Below are positions 11,597 to 20,532 of a stretch of 64,000 bases of DNA, one piece after another. The DNA is taken from contig CAXXWQ010000003.1 in assembly GCA_963674945.2 (NCBI GenBank), positions 288,001 to 352,000 on the forward strand, read 5' to 3'. The notes beneath the pieces were generated by a model. That model was not told the origin of the DNA. It ran no database searches and saw only the letters and a program-made list of their open reading frames with translations. Within the stretch, counting starts at the first letter, position 1. Every line of letters begins with the position of its first letter. This stretch comes from an uncultured Desulfosarcina sp. (GTDB lineage: Bacteria > Desulfobacterota > Desulfobacteria > Desulfobacterales > Desulfosarcinaceae). The translations under genes were made by a program, and so were the position numbers.

Positions 11597-12076
11597 TCAG
11601 TAAATCATGCCCCCCACATATACACCCGCACCGACAAAAAGATCCTGATCCGGCACCCGATAAATATAGGTCAGTTTTTTGGAAGGTGTATTTTTACCGG
11701 GTTTGGGCCACATATATTCAACCCAACCATGCCCCACCTTTCGGGCAAGATTGACAAAATGCACAAACAGCGCCTTGTCCGTGGGGTCGGTGATCAACAG
11801 AACATGATCTTGTTTGGTAAGCTCTGGTTTAAACGGATGTGCCAGCATTTTACCATCCAGATTCATCAAAAATACGTAGGAATCCTTCCAGACAAAAGTG
11901 CCTTTGGGATTTGAAATCTCTTTGATGGCGGCGTCCACACCCTTTGAAATAATCATGGCCGCTGCCTCATGGCACTTGATCACACATTCATCCTTGGTGG
12001 CAGATTCACCTGCCCATCCGTTAACAGCAAAGATTCCTGCCATCAGGCAAATCGCAATGATTCTATATTTTTTCAT
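11597..12076 (-). CDS. Stand-alone periplasmic Cache-domain protein
   Basis: Signal peptide; YVF...MLAHP, GWVEYMWPKPG, KLTY, VGAGVY motifs. Confidence 0.88.
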   Translation of the reverse strand: MKKYRIIAICLMAGIFAVNGWAGESATKDECVIKCHEAAAMIISKGVDAAIKEISNPKGTFVWKDSYVFLMNLDGKMLAHPFKPELTKQDHVLLITDPTDKALFVHFVNLARKVGHGWVEYMWPKPGKNTPSKKLTYIYRVPDQDLFVGAGVYVGGMIY

Positions 12077-12139
12077 GTCATCCTCCGTCTTTATTCATGT
12101 CGATTGTATGTTGGTGCAGGATTGAGGCACAAGAATTCC

Positions 12140-12715
12140 TCATTTTTTCGGTTTGATCCAAGGATCCCCAACGGGCAGCACATCATAACCGAAAACCTGC
12201 GCGTAGATGACATGTGCCATCATATACAGGGCGGCGGCGGCACAAAGCATCAGTTCATATCCTGCCACTTTGGTAAGCCCCGGAAAGCCGAAATGAGCCA
12301 AATCAAGAAGAATGAATCCGATCAGCAGCAAGGTGAAGGTAACAGCCATGGCACCGTGGACGCGCATGGCCGGAACCCACATGATTGCCGTATAAATGGT
12401 CCATGCGACCAAAAACCATCCAACATCCGTCGTGGAGGAATGATAGATATTGTAGTGATTCAGAATAAAAATGACACCCAATGCGATCCAAAACGCACCA
12501 TAGGAAACAAAAGCGCTGAAACCGAAATTGTTGGCACATTTGAATTCCATAAAACCAGCAATCAATTGAGCCAGTCCACCAAAAATAAATGCCATCGCGA
12601 CGATGGGACCGACACCACACCAACCAACATTGTGAAACTGGAGCAAAAAGGTGGTGATTCCAAACCCCGCCAGGCCGACAACCGCCGGATTTCCCATAGG
12701 TGTTTCGTTTCCCAT
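12140..12715 (-). CDS. satP: Acetate uptake transporter, SatP/YaaH (GPR1/FUN34) family
   Basis: GNPAVVGLAGFG, FGGLAQ, NNFGFSAFVSYGAFW motifs; about six TM segments; GGAAGGAG RBS. Confidence 0.9.
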   Translation of the reverse strand: MGNETPMGNPAVVGLAGFGITTFLLQFHNVGWCGVGPIVAMAFIFGGLAQLIAGFMEFKCANNFGFSAFVSYGAFWIALGVIFILNHYNIYHSSTTDVGWFLVAWTIYTAIMWVPAMRVHGAMAVTFTLLLIGFILLDLAHFGFPGLTKVAGYELMLCAAAALYMMAHVIYAQVFGYDVLPVGDPWIKPKK

Positions 12716-13081
12716 GTTGAACTCTCCTTCCCTTGATTGGTTCATTCATTCAAATTTGTATTGTTGATCGAGACGAAAAGAATATCGATTTTTAATCAGA
12801 TCAACGCAGGAAGCGGAGTGTACGAAAAGTCGCAAAAGGCAGATTAGAGCGATGACCGATCGTGAAAATGGGTAACTGCTGCAAGTCACTTGGAATAGGA
12901 AGATTATTGATAAACTATACTCGTTTCGAGGGAATTAAGTCAAACATTATCGCGAAAACAAGCAGATGGAAATAAATGGTAAAATTCTTATAAAAAATTC
13001 CAATCCAACTGATGTAAAATGAACTGATTTTTGTAGAACAATGCCTCATTAATTGCTATACGTTTTTTCCGAGGATGATAA

Positions 13082-13842
13082 ATGAGACCGAAAACGCTTC
13101 CTGCCTTACTCCTGCTCTATTCTCTTCTTTTTCCAGGCGTGCTACTGGCAGCCAATGGCTATTTTCTCCATGGTATCGGTGCTGTGAATGAATCCATGGG
13201 AGGAGCGGCAACCGCGGGAAACCCTCAGGACCTGTTGGGTAGCCTTTACCGCAACCCGGCCAATGCAAATCTTTTTTACGGGTATTTATTCTCAATGAGT
13301 CTGGGCGTCATTATCTCGGATGCAACCGTAGAAAGTTCGTTTTCGACACTGGGAATTACCGGTTCCAGCGATTCCGATGCGGATACAATCCCAGCGGGAC
13401 ACCTGGGGATGGTCTTCAACGGTGATAACAGCCCGTTTTCCTATTATGTTGCCGTTGTCGGTGAGGCTGGTTCTTATTTGGACATTCCACAAAGCGAAAC
13501 CAATCCGATTTTCATTGCTCAGCAAGGAAAATGGGAATCCAGAAAAGTATCCACGACAGCTGGATTGTCAGGGCCGGCTACAACTACGGCAGCAATCCCA
13601 TCGGTGATGACATCACATTCTACAATGTGGGCACACCGCAGCACAACGAGCACCATTTGGCCTTGGGCGCTTCATGGATGGTTTCACGAAAAACGGCTAT
13701 CGATGTTGGCTATACCCATGCTTTTGAAAGTTCGCAATCCGGTTCATGGTATGATGCGACCGGTCAGCCCATTGGGCAGACGAACATTCACTCCTCACTG
13801 GCCTATGATCAAATTTCAGTTGGTTTCACCCATTCATTTTAG
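13082..13842 (+). pseudogene. FadL/TodX/OmpP1 family outer-membrane channel, internally deleted and frameshifted
   Basis: N-terminal NG...MGGAATA...YRNPA hatch motif runs to about 13530. C-terminal strands (RAGYNYGSNPI...VGFTHSF*) continue in another frame at 13531-13842. The middle of the barrel is missing. Confidence 0.85.
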
Positions 13843-13882
13843 TATGGGTACGAGTATAAAAATATTCAAGCATGGAGGTGAC

Positions 13883-14566
13883 ATGAGAGTTATCGTCTGT
13901 TTTCTTCTTCTTACTGTGTTTTCAGCAGAAGCGATCTTTGCCGGACCGGCTGAAGAATTGGGGGAAGAGCTCAAAAAGTGCGGAACGCTAAATCCCAATA
14001 CCGTCCCCGACAACTGGGTTTCCGTTGGCGTCATGACCGGCCAGCACAAATCATGTTTTACTTATATTCCGCCCACTTTTCGCCATATCCCTTTGGGAGA
14101 GGCTTCAAATCTCTATCTTGAGGATGATTATACCAGTGCCTCAATCATCGGGGGTGTGTTACCGCCGGGATATTCATGCGATCTGAATGGTGTGATCAAT
14201 TGGTACGGCGACATTGTGTCCCAGACCGGCTGCATAAACCCGAAGCTGGAATGGTATGATGTCAATCTGTCCAGTTTTGTTTATTCCTGCACCAAGAACA
14301 ATGTCCCTCTGGTCGGCGGTGTTAAGGTTATCGTCGATGGTTCGAACGGGTTAATGTGTAGCGTGAATGTAATGGGATACGCAATGCCGCAAACCGATAT
14401 TAAAAAGACATGTCAGCTATCCCAGATTCTTAACGGTGTGAAGTGTGCTAACCCGCAATATGGTGGCAAGGTCTGTCACAAACCGATTTGCAGCAATAAC
14501 TGCAAAGCATCAGGCCATCGTGGGGGGTACTGCAATTCGTTCGAAGATTGCATCTGTGTCGAGTAA
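13883..14566 (+). CDS. Secreted 227-aa Cys-rich protein with a C-terminal CS-alpha-beta defensin-like domain
   Basis: GGAGGTG RBS, signal peptide MRVIVCFLLLTVFSAEAIFA, 14 Cys in the mature part, ends CHKPICSNNCKASGHRGGYCNSFEDCICVE. Confidence 0.8.
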   Translation: MRVIVCFLLLTVFSAEAIFAGPAEELGEELKKCGTLNPNTVPDNWVSVGVMTGQHKSCFTYIPPTFRHIPLGEASNLYLEDDYTSASIIGGVLPPGYSCDLNGVINWYGDIVSQTGCINPKLEWYDVNLSSFVYSCTKNNVPLVGGVKVIVDGSNGLMCSVNVMGYAMPQTDIKKTCQLSQILNGVKCANPQYGGKVCHKPICSNNCKASGHRGGYCNSFEDCICVE

Positions 14567-14864
14567 AACGATTTCAGAGACATACACAGATCATAAGAAA
14601 ATCATCGCATCCACTATACTTCGTCTAACGTTTTTTACCAAAGTGCCGATCTTCTATAAAGCGTTGAAAAGACCGGCGGTACCAAATGGGATGAAGTAAC
14701 AACGCAATCGCGTTCAGTTACCCATTGAAGAACCACCCGGTCTCGTGTTCACCACTGCAAATGCATCGGTTTTACACACAAAGGCTGCTGCGGTGATCAC
14801 GGGTTACCAATCCAAACCGGAAGATCGACTTGGGCAACAACCATTTATTGACGCAAGGTAAACG

Positions 14865-15785
14865 ATGCAGACGATCTATTCCATAGGAGGAGGCAAAGGC
14901 GGCGTCGGCAAAAGTTTTGTCGCCGCAAGTCTGGGCGCGTTACTGGCCGATCGTGGAAAATCGGTGGTTCTGGTCGACCTGGATTTGGGGGGATCCAACC
15001 TGCACACCTTTTTGGGTATGCCGGCGCCCGAAGATGGATTGAATCGCTTTCTGGACCGAGCCGAACCGCAGCTGGAACGGGTGGCGGTCAGAACGTGTAA
15101 GGACAATCTTTTCCTTATCAGCTCCAACAACTGCTCCATGGAGATTCCCAATCTGTGCCATGCCCAAAAGATCAAACTGATCAACGCCATCCGCGGTTTG
15201 CCCTACGATTATATTATCCTGGACCTGGGAGCCGGCACCAATTTCAATACCCTTGATTTTTTTCTGGTCTCCCGGCAGGGAATTTTCATCTGTACCCCCG
15301 AACCCACCTCCATCGAAAACACGTTCCGCTTCATCAAGGCTGTCTACCTGAGAGGCTTGAAACAGATCGTCAAGGGAAACGGTTTCAAGCGGATGACCAA
15401 GGCGACAGTCACTGACAAGCGGGCCAACGGGCTGAAAGCCGACGAAATCTTCGATCTCGTATCCAGAACCGATCCGGCTCACGTGCTGCTATTGAAAGCG
15501 GCAATCGGCCGGTTTCACTTCAATCTGATCCTGAACCAGTTCCGTCGCAGCGCCGGGAGTACCCTGGGCCCCAAAATTACCGACGTGTGCAATCGTCACT
15601 TTTACTCTCCCTTTGAATTTCTGGGACAGGTCAATTTCGACGAAAGCGTCATCGATGCGATCTACACAAAAAAACTATACTCCGATAATTTCCCGAACAC
15701 GTTGACCGCCATGCAGCTGAAACAGATCGGCAGTCAGCTGCTGGCGCAATCCGCAAGACCCGATAATGACAGACTTTGTGCATGA
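14865..15785 (+). CDS. MinD/FlhG/ParA family P-loop ATPase
   Basis: Deviant Walker A GGKGGVGKS, DLDLGGSNLH, ILDLGAG, TPEPTSIEN. Confidence 0.92.
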   Translation: MQTIYSIGGGKGGVGKSFVAASLGALLADRGKSVVLVDLDLGGSNLHTFLGMPAPEDGLNRFLDRAEPQLERVAVRTCKDNLFLISSNNCSMEIPNLCHAQKIKLINAIRGLPYDYIILDLGAGTNFNTLDFFLVSRQGIFICTPEPTSIENTFRFIKAVYLRGLKQIVKGNGFKRMTKATVTDKRANGLKADEIFDLVSRTDPAHVLLLKAAIGRFHFNLILNQFRRSAGSTLGPKITDVCNRHFYSPFEFLGQVNFDESVIDAIYTKKLYSDNFPNTLTAMQLKQIGSQLLAQSARPDNDRLCA

Positions 15786-16438
15786 AGACCTTTGAATTCG
15801 ACAATTATTACGACATTCTTCAACTCCCGCCCAATGCAGGGAAGGAAGATATCCGCCACGCCTACCAGCAGACATCAGCCCTTTACGATGCGGAGAGCCC
15901 GGCCACCTATGCCCTCTTTTCGGAACGTCAGCGAAAGACCCTGCTCAACGCCATCGAAAAGGCCTTCGAAACCCTGATCGACGATGACCAGCGTGCCGCA
16001 TACGACCGGATGCTGCTCGACACCGGTGCGCTGGATGCCAGGGATTTTTCCGATAGCTCCCCAAATGAAGAGAACCAGCGGAAGGATAATGGCGGTCCGA
16101 CGAGGGAAGAGAGCCTCGTCCAATGGACGGCAAAGCAGGCCGAGACGCAGGGCATGCGTAAACGTATCGAAGCGATCCTGTCCGAATCGCGACTTTCCGG
16201 GTCGCAGTTGAAGGAGTTGCGAAACGCCTACGGCATCGAACTGTCAGAAATCTATGCTGCGACGAGAATCAGTCAAAACGTCATGACGGCCATCGAGGAA
16301 GACCGGTTCGCCAACTTGCCGGCCACGGTTTATCTGAAGCAATTTTTGAAAAACATAGCCCAGATTCTGCAGATCGATCCCTCACACGTGGTCCGGGGCT
16401 ATCTGGAATCCATGGGCGTCAGCCAGTCGGGAGGGTGA
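15782..16438 (+). CDS. J-like domain plus RodZ-type helix-turn-helix protein
   Basis: NYYDILQL...IRHAY...AFETL...RAAYD (DnaJ-like, no HPD); GSQLKELR...TRIS...AIEEDRFANLPATVYLKQFLK (RodZ-type HTH); ATGA coupling to the ATPase. Confidence 0.85.
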   Translation: MKTFEFDNYYDILQLPPNAGKEDIRHAYQQTSALYDAESPATYALFSERQRKTLLNAIEKAFETLIDDDQRAAYDRMLLDTGALDARDFSDSSPNEENQRKDNGGPTREESLVQWTAKQAETQGMRKRIEAILSESRLSGSQLKELRNAYGIELSEIYAATRISQNVMTAIEEDRFANLPATVYLKQFLKNIAQILQIDPSHVVRGYLESMGVSQSGG

Positions 16439-16506
16439 CGGCCGCCAACACGGCCTGCGGCCATGTTGCCGTTTCACAGCTCCTGATGTTCATTGGATAC
16501 AATGAA

Positions 16507-17757
16507 TCAAACGATCTCTATGGCGCAAGCCATGGAAACCCCTCCGCCGCCACAAAGTGTTGCCAGCCCTAAGGTGTTGCCGCGTTTTCTCATGGCATGA
16601 ATCAAAGATACCATGATCCGGCATCCCGTGGCACCCACGGGGTGGCCCAGGCCGATACCGGAACCATTGACATTGGTGATCTCCCGGCTTAGTTTCAACT
16701 CCCGTTCGCATCCGATGTATTGGGCGGCAAAGGCCTCATTGACCTCCACCAGGTCGAAGTCTTCGACGGTCAGTCCGCTGCGCCTTTTAAGATCCCTGAC
16801 GGCTGGGACCGGCGACAGTCCCATAATGGCAGGATGGCAGGCGCCCTTTCCCACGGCCCGGATTCCGGCAAGTGGTTTGATGCCCAGTTCATCCGCTTTT
16901 TCAGCCGACATGATCACCATGGCCGCCGACCCGTCGTTGAGGCCGCTGGCATTGCCCGCGGTAACCTTGCCGATTTTGGGAACGAAGGCGGGGGGCAGGC
17001 TGCGCAACTGGTCCATGGTCAGTCTCGGTCTGAAATGTTCGTCCTTGTCGAAGATCAGCGGATCTTCTTTTCTGCGGGGCACGGAAACCGGAACGATCTC
17101 TTCGGCAAAGACCCCGTCGACGGTGGCGCGTTCGGCGTTGTTGTGGCTGCGCAGGGCCACTTCATCCATCTCTTCTCGCGTGACACCCATTTTCTGCGCA
17201 ATAAATTCGGCGGTGTGCCCCATGATGTAGGGTTTCCCCAAAAACATGCTGGCCGGTGCCGCGGCGGTATCAACGGGAGCGTCCGTTGACAATGGCGCGA
17301 AGAAGGATCCGCTGTGAAGGGCATGGATCATGGCGTCGACAAAACCCTGGTCCTGAAGCCTTGCGCCCCAACGGGCACTGGGAACCGTGTACGGGATACC
17401 GGACATGTGCTCGACCCCTCCGGCCAGGATCACGTCGGCCATCTCCGCCTGAATCATGGCCATGCCGGAAATAACGGCTTCCATGCCCGAAATGCAGACC
17501 CGGTTGATGGTGACCGCCGGTATCGTATCGGGGACGTCGGCCAGTAACGCGCCAACTCGGGCCACATTGAGATTGTCGTGATGCTCCATGCAGCAACCGA
17601 AGCGCACGTCGTCGATCATCGAAGGGTCAATCCCCGCACGTTTGATCGCCTCTTTCATGGCGATGCCGGCCAGCACCGGCCCGGTAAGGCTTTTGAGGCT
17701 TCCTCCGAAGGTGCCGATGGCCGTACGGCATGCACTTGCAATGACAACGTCTTTCAT
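16507..17757 (-). CDS. Acetyl-CoA C-acyltransferase (thiolase)
   Basis: TINRVCISG catalytic Cys, VNEAFAA, GHPVGATG, LCGGGG; GGAGGTG RBS. Confidence 0.96.
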   Translation of the reverse strand: MKDVVIASACRTAIGTFGGSLKSLTGPVLAGIAMKEAIKRAGIDPSMIDDVRFGCCMEHHDNLNVARVGALLADVPDTIPAVTINRVCISGMEAVISGMAMIQAEMADVILAGGVEHMSGIPYTVPSARWGARLQDQGFVDAMIHALHSGSFFAPLSTDAPVDTAAAPASMFLGKPYIMGHTAEFIAQKMGVTREEMDEVALRSHNNAERATVDGVFAEEIVPVSVPRRKEDPLIFDKDEHFRPRLTMDQLRSLPPAFVPKIGKVTAGNASGLNDGSAAMVIMSAEKADELGIKPLAGIRAVGKGACHPAIMGLSPVPAVRDLKRRSGLTVEDFDLVEVNEAFAAQYIGCERELKLSREITNVNGSGIGLGHPVGATGCRIMVSLIHAMRKRGNTLGLATLCGGGGVSMACAIEIV

Positions 17758-17796
17758 CTTCACCTCCATTGCGGGTTTCATTCAGGTCGAATTCTA

Positions 17797-17919
17797 TCAA
17801 ATCGATTCGGTTTTTACCATCCATTCTTCGGGAGTGTGCGCCTGGCCATCCTTGATCGTCCACAACAAAGATTTGAATGCCGACAAATCTTCCAATGGAT
17901 CGTCTCGAAGGACAATAAC
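17797..17919 (-). pseudogene. C-terminal remnant of an amidohydrolase-family gene
   Basis: Hand translation VIVLRDDPLEDLSAFKSLLWTIKDGQAHTPEEWMVKTESI* resembles the amidohydrolase terminal pattern D(L)IVLxxDPLxDI...KxG. Confidence 0.6.
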
Positions 17920-17962
17920 GTATCAATTCCCATCATTTCCGCCGTGAATCATCCCAAGGCAA

Positions 17963-19202
17963 TCATACGCCATCGCCTCCCCCCCAGGCATTTTCATATT
18001 CCCTGAATAAATCAAGGGACGCCTCCGCATCTGAAAACGCCTGGTCGTAAGTGCCCATTCCATAATGGTTCAATGCACGAGCATACAGCAGCCAAACATA
18101 TTGACTGTCGTAGACCCCTTGTCTGGCGGCCATCATCAACCCTTTTTCGGCACATTCACAGCCCTGAGAATAATCAACCAGGTAATATACGGTCAACGCC
18201 GCCTGGAAATAGGTAATCGGCAGGAAATTATCCAATTCCATTTGCACGAATGTGGTAATAACTCTTTTATTCAAGGCGTCCGCTTTACGAAAATTACCGG
18301 CTACATGAAAACGGTAGGAATGACACAATTCAAGCCATGTGCGGATAAATGTCATATCGAAATTATCCGATACGGCAAATTTTCTCACGGCTGAACCGTA
18401 ATATTCGTCGGCGCCATCCACGTCGCCCGTGATGGCGGAAAAGAGAATCAAAAATCCCGCCATTTCTAACGGAAAAAACGGGTCCTTATGAGAACGGTCC
18501 CGAATGGCATCCATCTCCTGTATTGCCCTTTCCAATTTGCCTGTGAGATAATAGTGAAAGCCGATCTCCTTACGGCAATTGGCGATTCCATCGACATCAT
18601 TCTCTTCTTCGAAAAGAGATAGCGCGATTTGAAAATCGCGTATGGCCCTTTGGATCTCCCCGCCAACGGACATCACCTTCGCCCTGATGAACAGCAGTTG
18701 GGCATTATTTTCGATCAGCGCCGGCGGCAGCGTATCGAAAATTTTCTTTAGGAAGGTGATGGGGATATCTTTGAAATCGATAAGCACCAGTCCGGCAAAC
18801 AGGCGACAAACCTCTTCGTGATGCTCACCGGCGATATAGTGACGCAATATCGCAAATTTCGGGATCGAGATGGGAAAGGAGAGACGAACGCATCATAAAA
18901 TCTTGTATTTTTATAGGTTGACGTTCGACGATATCTGTTGTGGCGCGGTACCGTGAAAGCTTAAGACCAGGTTCTTTACGACTGATGATGACCAAATGGA
19001 GGGTGTTGGGCATTCTCTCCAACAACAGCTCAATCGCGCCAGGGATCTCCGTGCTCTTGCCATATCCGGCGCCGGCAATGATCAAGGCCAGTTTTTTATG
19101 TGTGATGGCCGCAAGCTGCTCTTTCAGGCGGGTACGTTGCAGGGTGCGTGCCGTGTAAGGCTTTGTCAGTTTGGATTGCAGAATCGGACGATGGGTTTTC
19201 AT
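17963..19202 (-). pseudogene. MalT/LuxR-type STAND ATPase-TPR regulator, multiply deleted and 3'-truncated
   Basis: ILQSKLTKP...R.RL...AGAGYGKST, LHLVIISR, DFMMRSSLL, then a frameshift into LRHY and TPR-like repeats. No C-terminal DNA-binding domain. Confidence 0.82.
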
Positions 19203-19777
19203 GTGGATTGAAACGTTATGATATAATTAAAATCACCAACATCAATGGATTTTTGTTTTTTAAACTCGTACCCAGTGACAATTTTTTCAACCTCATCTTC
19301 GGACAGTCGTATTTTCATGGGTGGTCCGGGCGGACCTTCCATCTTCTTGAATTCAATAACGGCAAGATGTCCATCCGGTTTGAGAAGGGTTTTGATCTGT
19401 TTCAATATTGTATCGGTTTTACCGGCTTCTTCAAAATCATGTAAAACGGTTGCCAGTAAACATAAATCGACGTGGTACGCGTCAATTTCAATCTCTTTGG
19501 TCGCATCAGCCCAAAGGGGCATTATATTCTTTATGTTTTTTTCATCAATTTGTTCCTTTAAAAGTGACAATCCTTCTTTCCAGAGGTCGACAGCGTATAC
19601 CAGCCCCTGTTCACCAACGATGTCGGAGAAGAATAAGGAATAATTCCCTTTACCGCATGCTAAATCAAGCACGACGGATCCATGTTTCACCGGCAAAATA
19701 TCCCTTACTATTTTGGGATCAATCAGTTCAAAACTACTTTTGCCGGCTCCTTTGGGATTTTTTTTTGTATTATTCAT
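19199..19777 (-). CDS. Class I SAM-dependent methyltransferase
   Basis: VLDLACGKG, VYAVD, VLHDF, LKPDG, GPPGPP; GGAG RBS before ATG 19777. Confidence 0.9.
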   Translation of the reverse strand: MNNTKKNPKGAGKSSFELIDPKIVRDILPVKHGSVVLDLACGKGNYSLFFSDIVGEQGLVYAVDLWKEGLSLLKEQIDEKNIKNIMPLWADATKEIEIDAYHVDLCLLATVLHDFEEAGKTDTILKQIKTLLKPDGHLAVIEFKKMEGPPGPPMKIRLSEDEVEKIVTGYEFKKQKSIDVGDFNYIITFQST

Positions 19778-20074
19778 ATCGTCAATCTCCATCTGATTCT
19801 TCTGAGACAACCTTGCCCCTCAATCGCTTTCAAGTAAAAAGCAAACGGTTGTTATTTTAAACAGATTATGGACGATCTGTACACCCAAAAGATATGTGAG
19901 GGGCAAATTGAAGGCGGGTTCCTTACATTCTTGCACGATTCAAAGACATCAACAAACCGGAGACAGGACTATCACGATTGAGCAGTTTGGGAATAAAAGA
20001 AGGGAAGGGATAAAGCGTTGACTCCTGTTTTACTTCTTGGGTCATTTAATGGATGCAGTTCTCTTGCGTTATCT

Positions 20075-20320
20075 CTACTTGTCCAAGGCTATCGAAAAGC
20101 CAATATTTCCTTTATTTTTCGACGAACATAACCTTAATTGCGCTTGATACAGTCTTGACTTATCTCTTGCCTCTTTTGATATGGTAACGCGGTCCACAAC
20201 ACCAAAGTCCTGACATTCATTTACTTCCCGATTTTCGATTTTAGGAGAGAAGTTGGCGGGTGACACAAGTGGATAGATTTTCTTATTATCAACAATTATA
20301 TAGGGTGTGTCATCAGCCAA
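20075..20320 (-). CDS. Small hypothetical protein
   Basis: GAGGTG RBS, TTG start, 81 aa (ADDTPYIIVDNKKIYP...VDRVTISKEAR). No family recognised. Confidence 0.4.
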   Translation of the reverse strand: MADDTPYIIVDNKKIYPLVSPANFSPKIENREVNECQDFGVVDRVTISKEARDKSRLYQAQLRLCSSKNKGNIGFSIALDK

Positions 20321-20532
20321 TAGAATCACCTCAATCCACAAAAACAAAAAATTGAACCCCACATCAAAAACAACGGGTGAACGCATTCAGAAAGCAATTT
20401 GTTACATTGTTCGATTCGCTGAGATCTTAGATTTTGAATGTAGAGCAATCTTTATACCAAAGAAGAACAGAATTTTAGATAAAATATTTATTGCAAATAC
20501 AACAAGATAACTATTACAGCATTTAATATATA

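Noticed and set aside
13082..14566. 494-aa ORF as one genuine gene
   Set aside because: Its middle is the off-frame reading of FadL C-terminal strands, and an internal RBS plus signal peptide at 13883 marks a separate gene.
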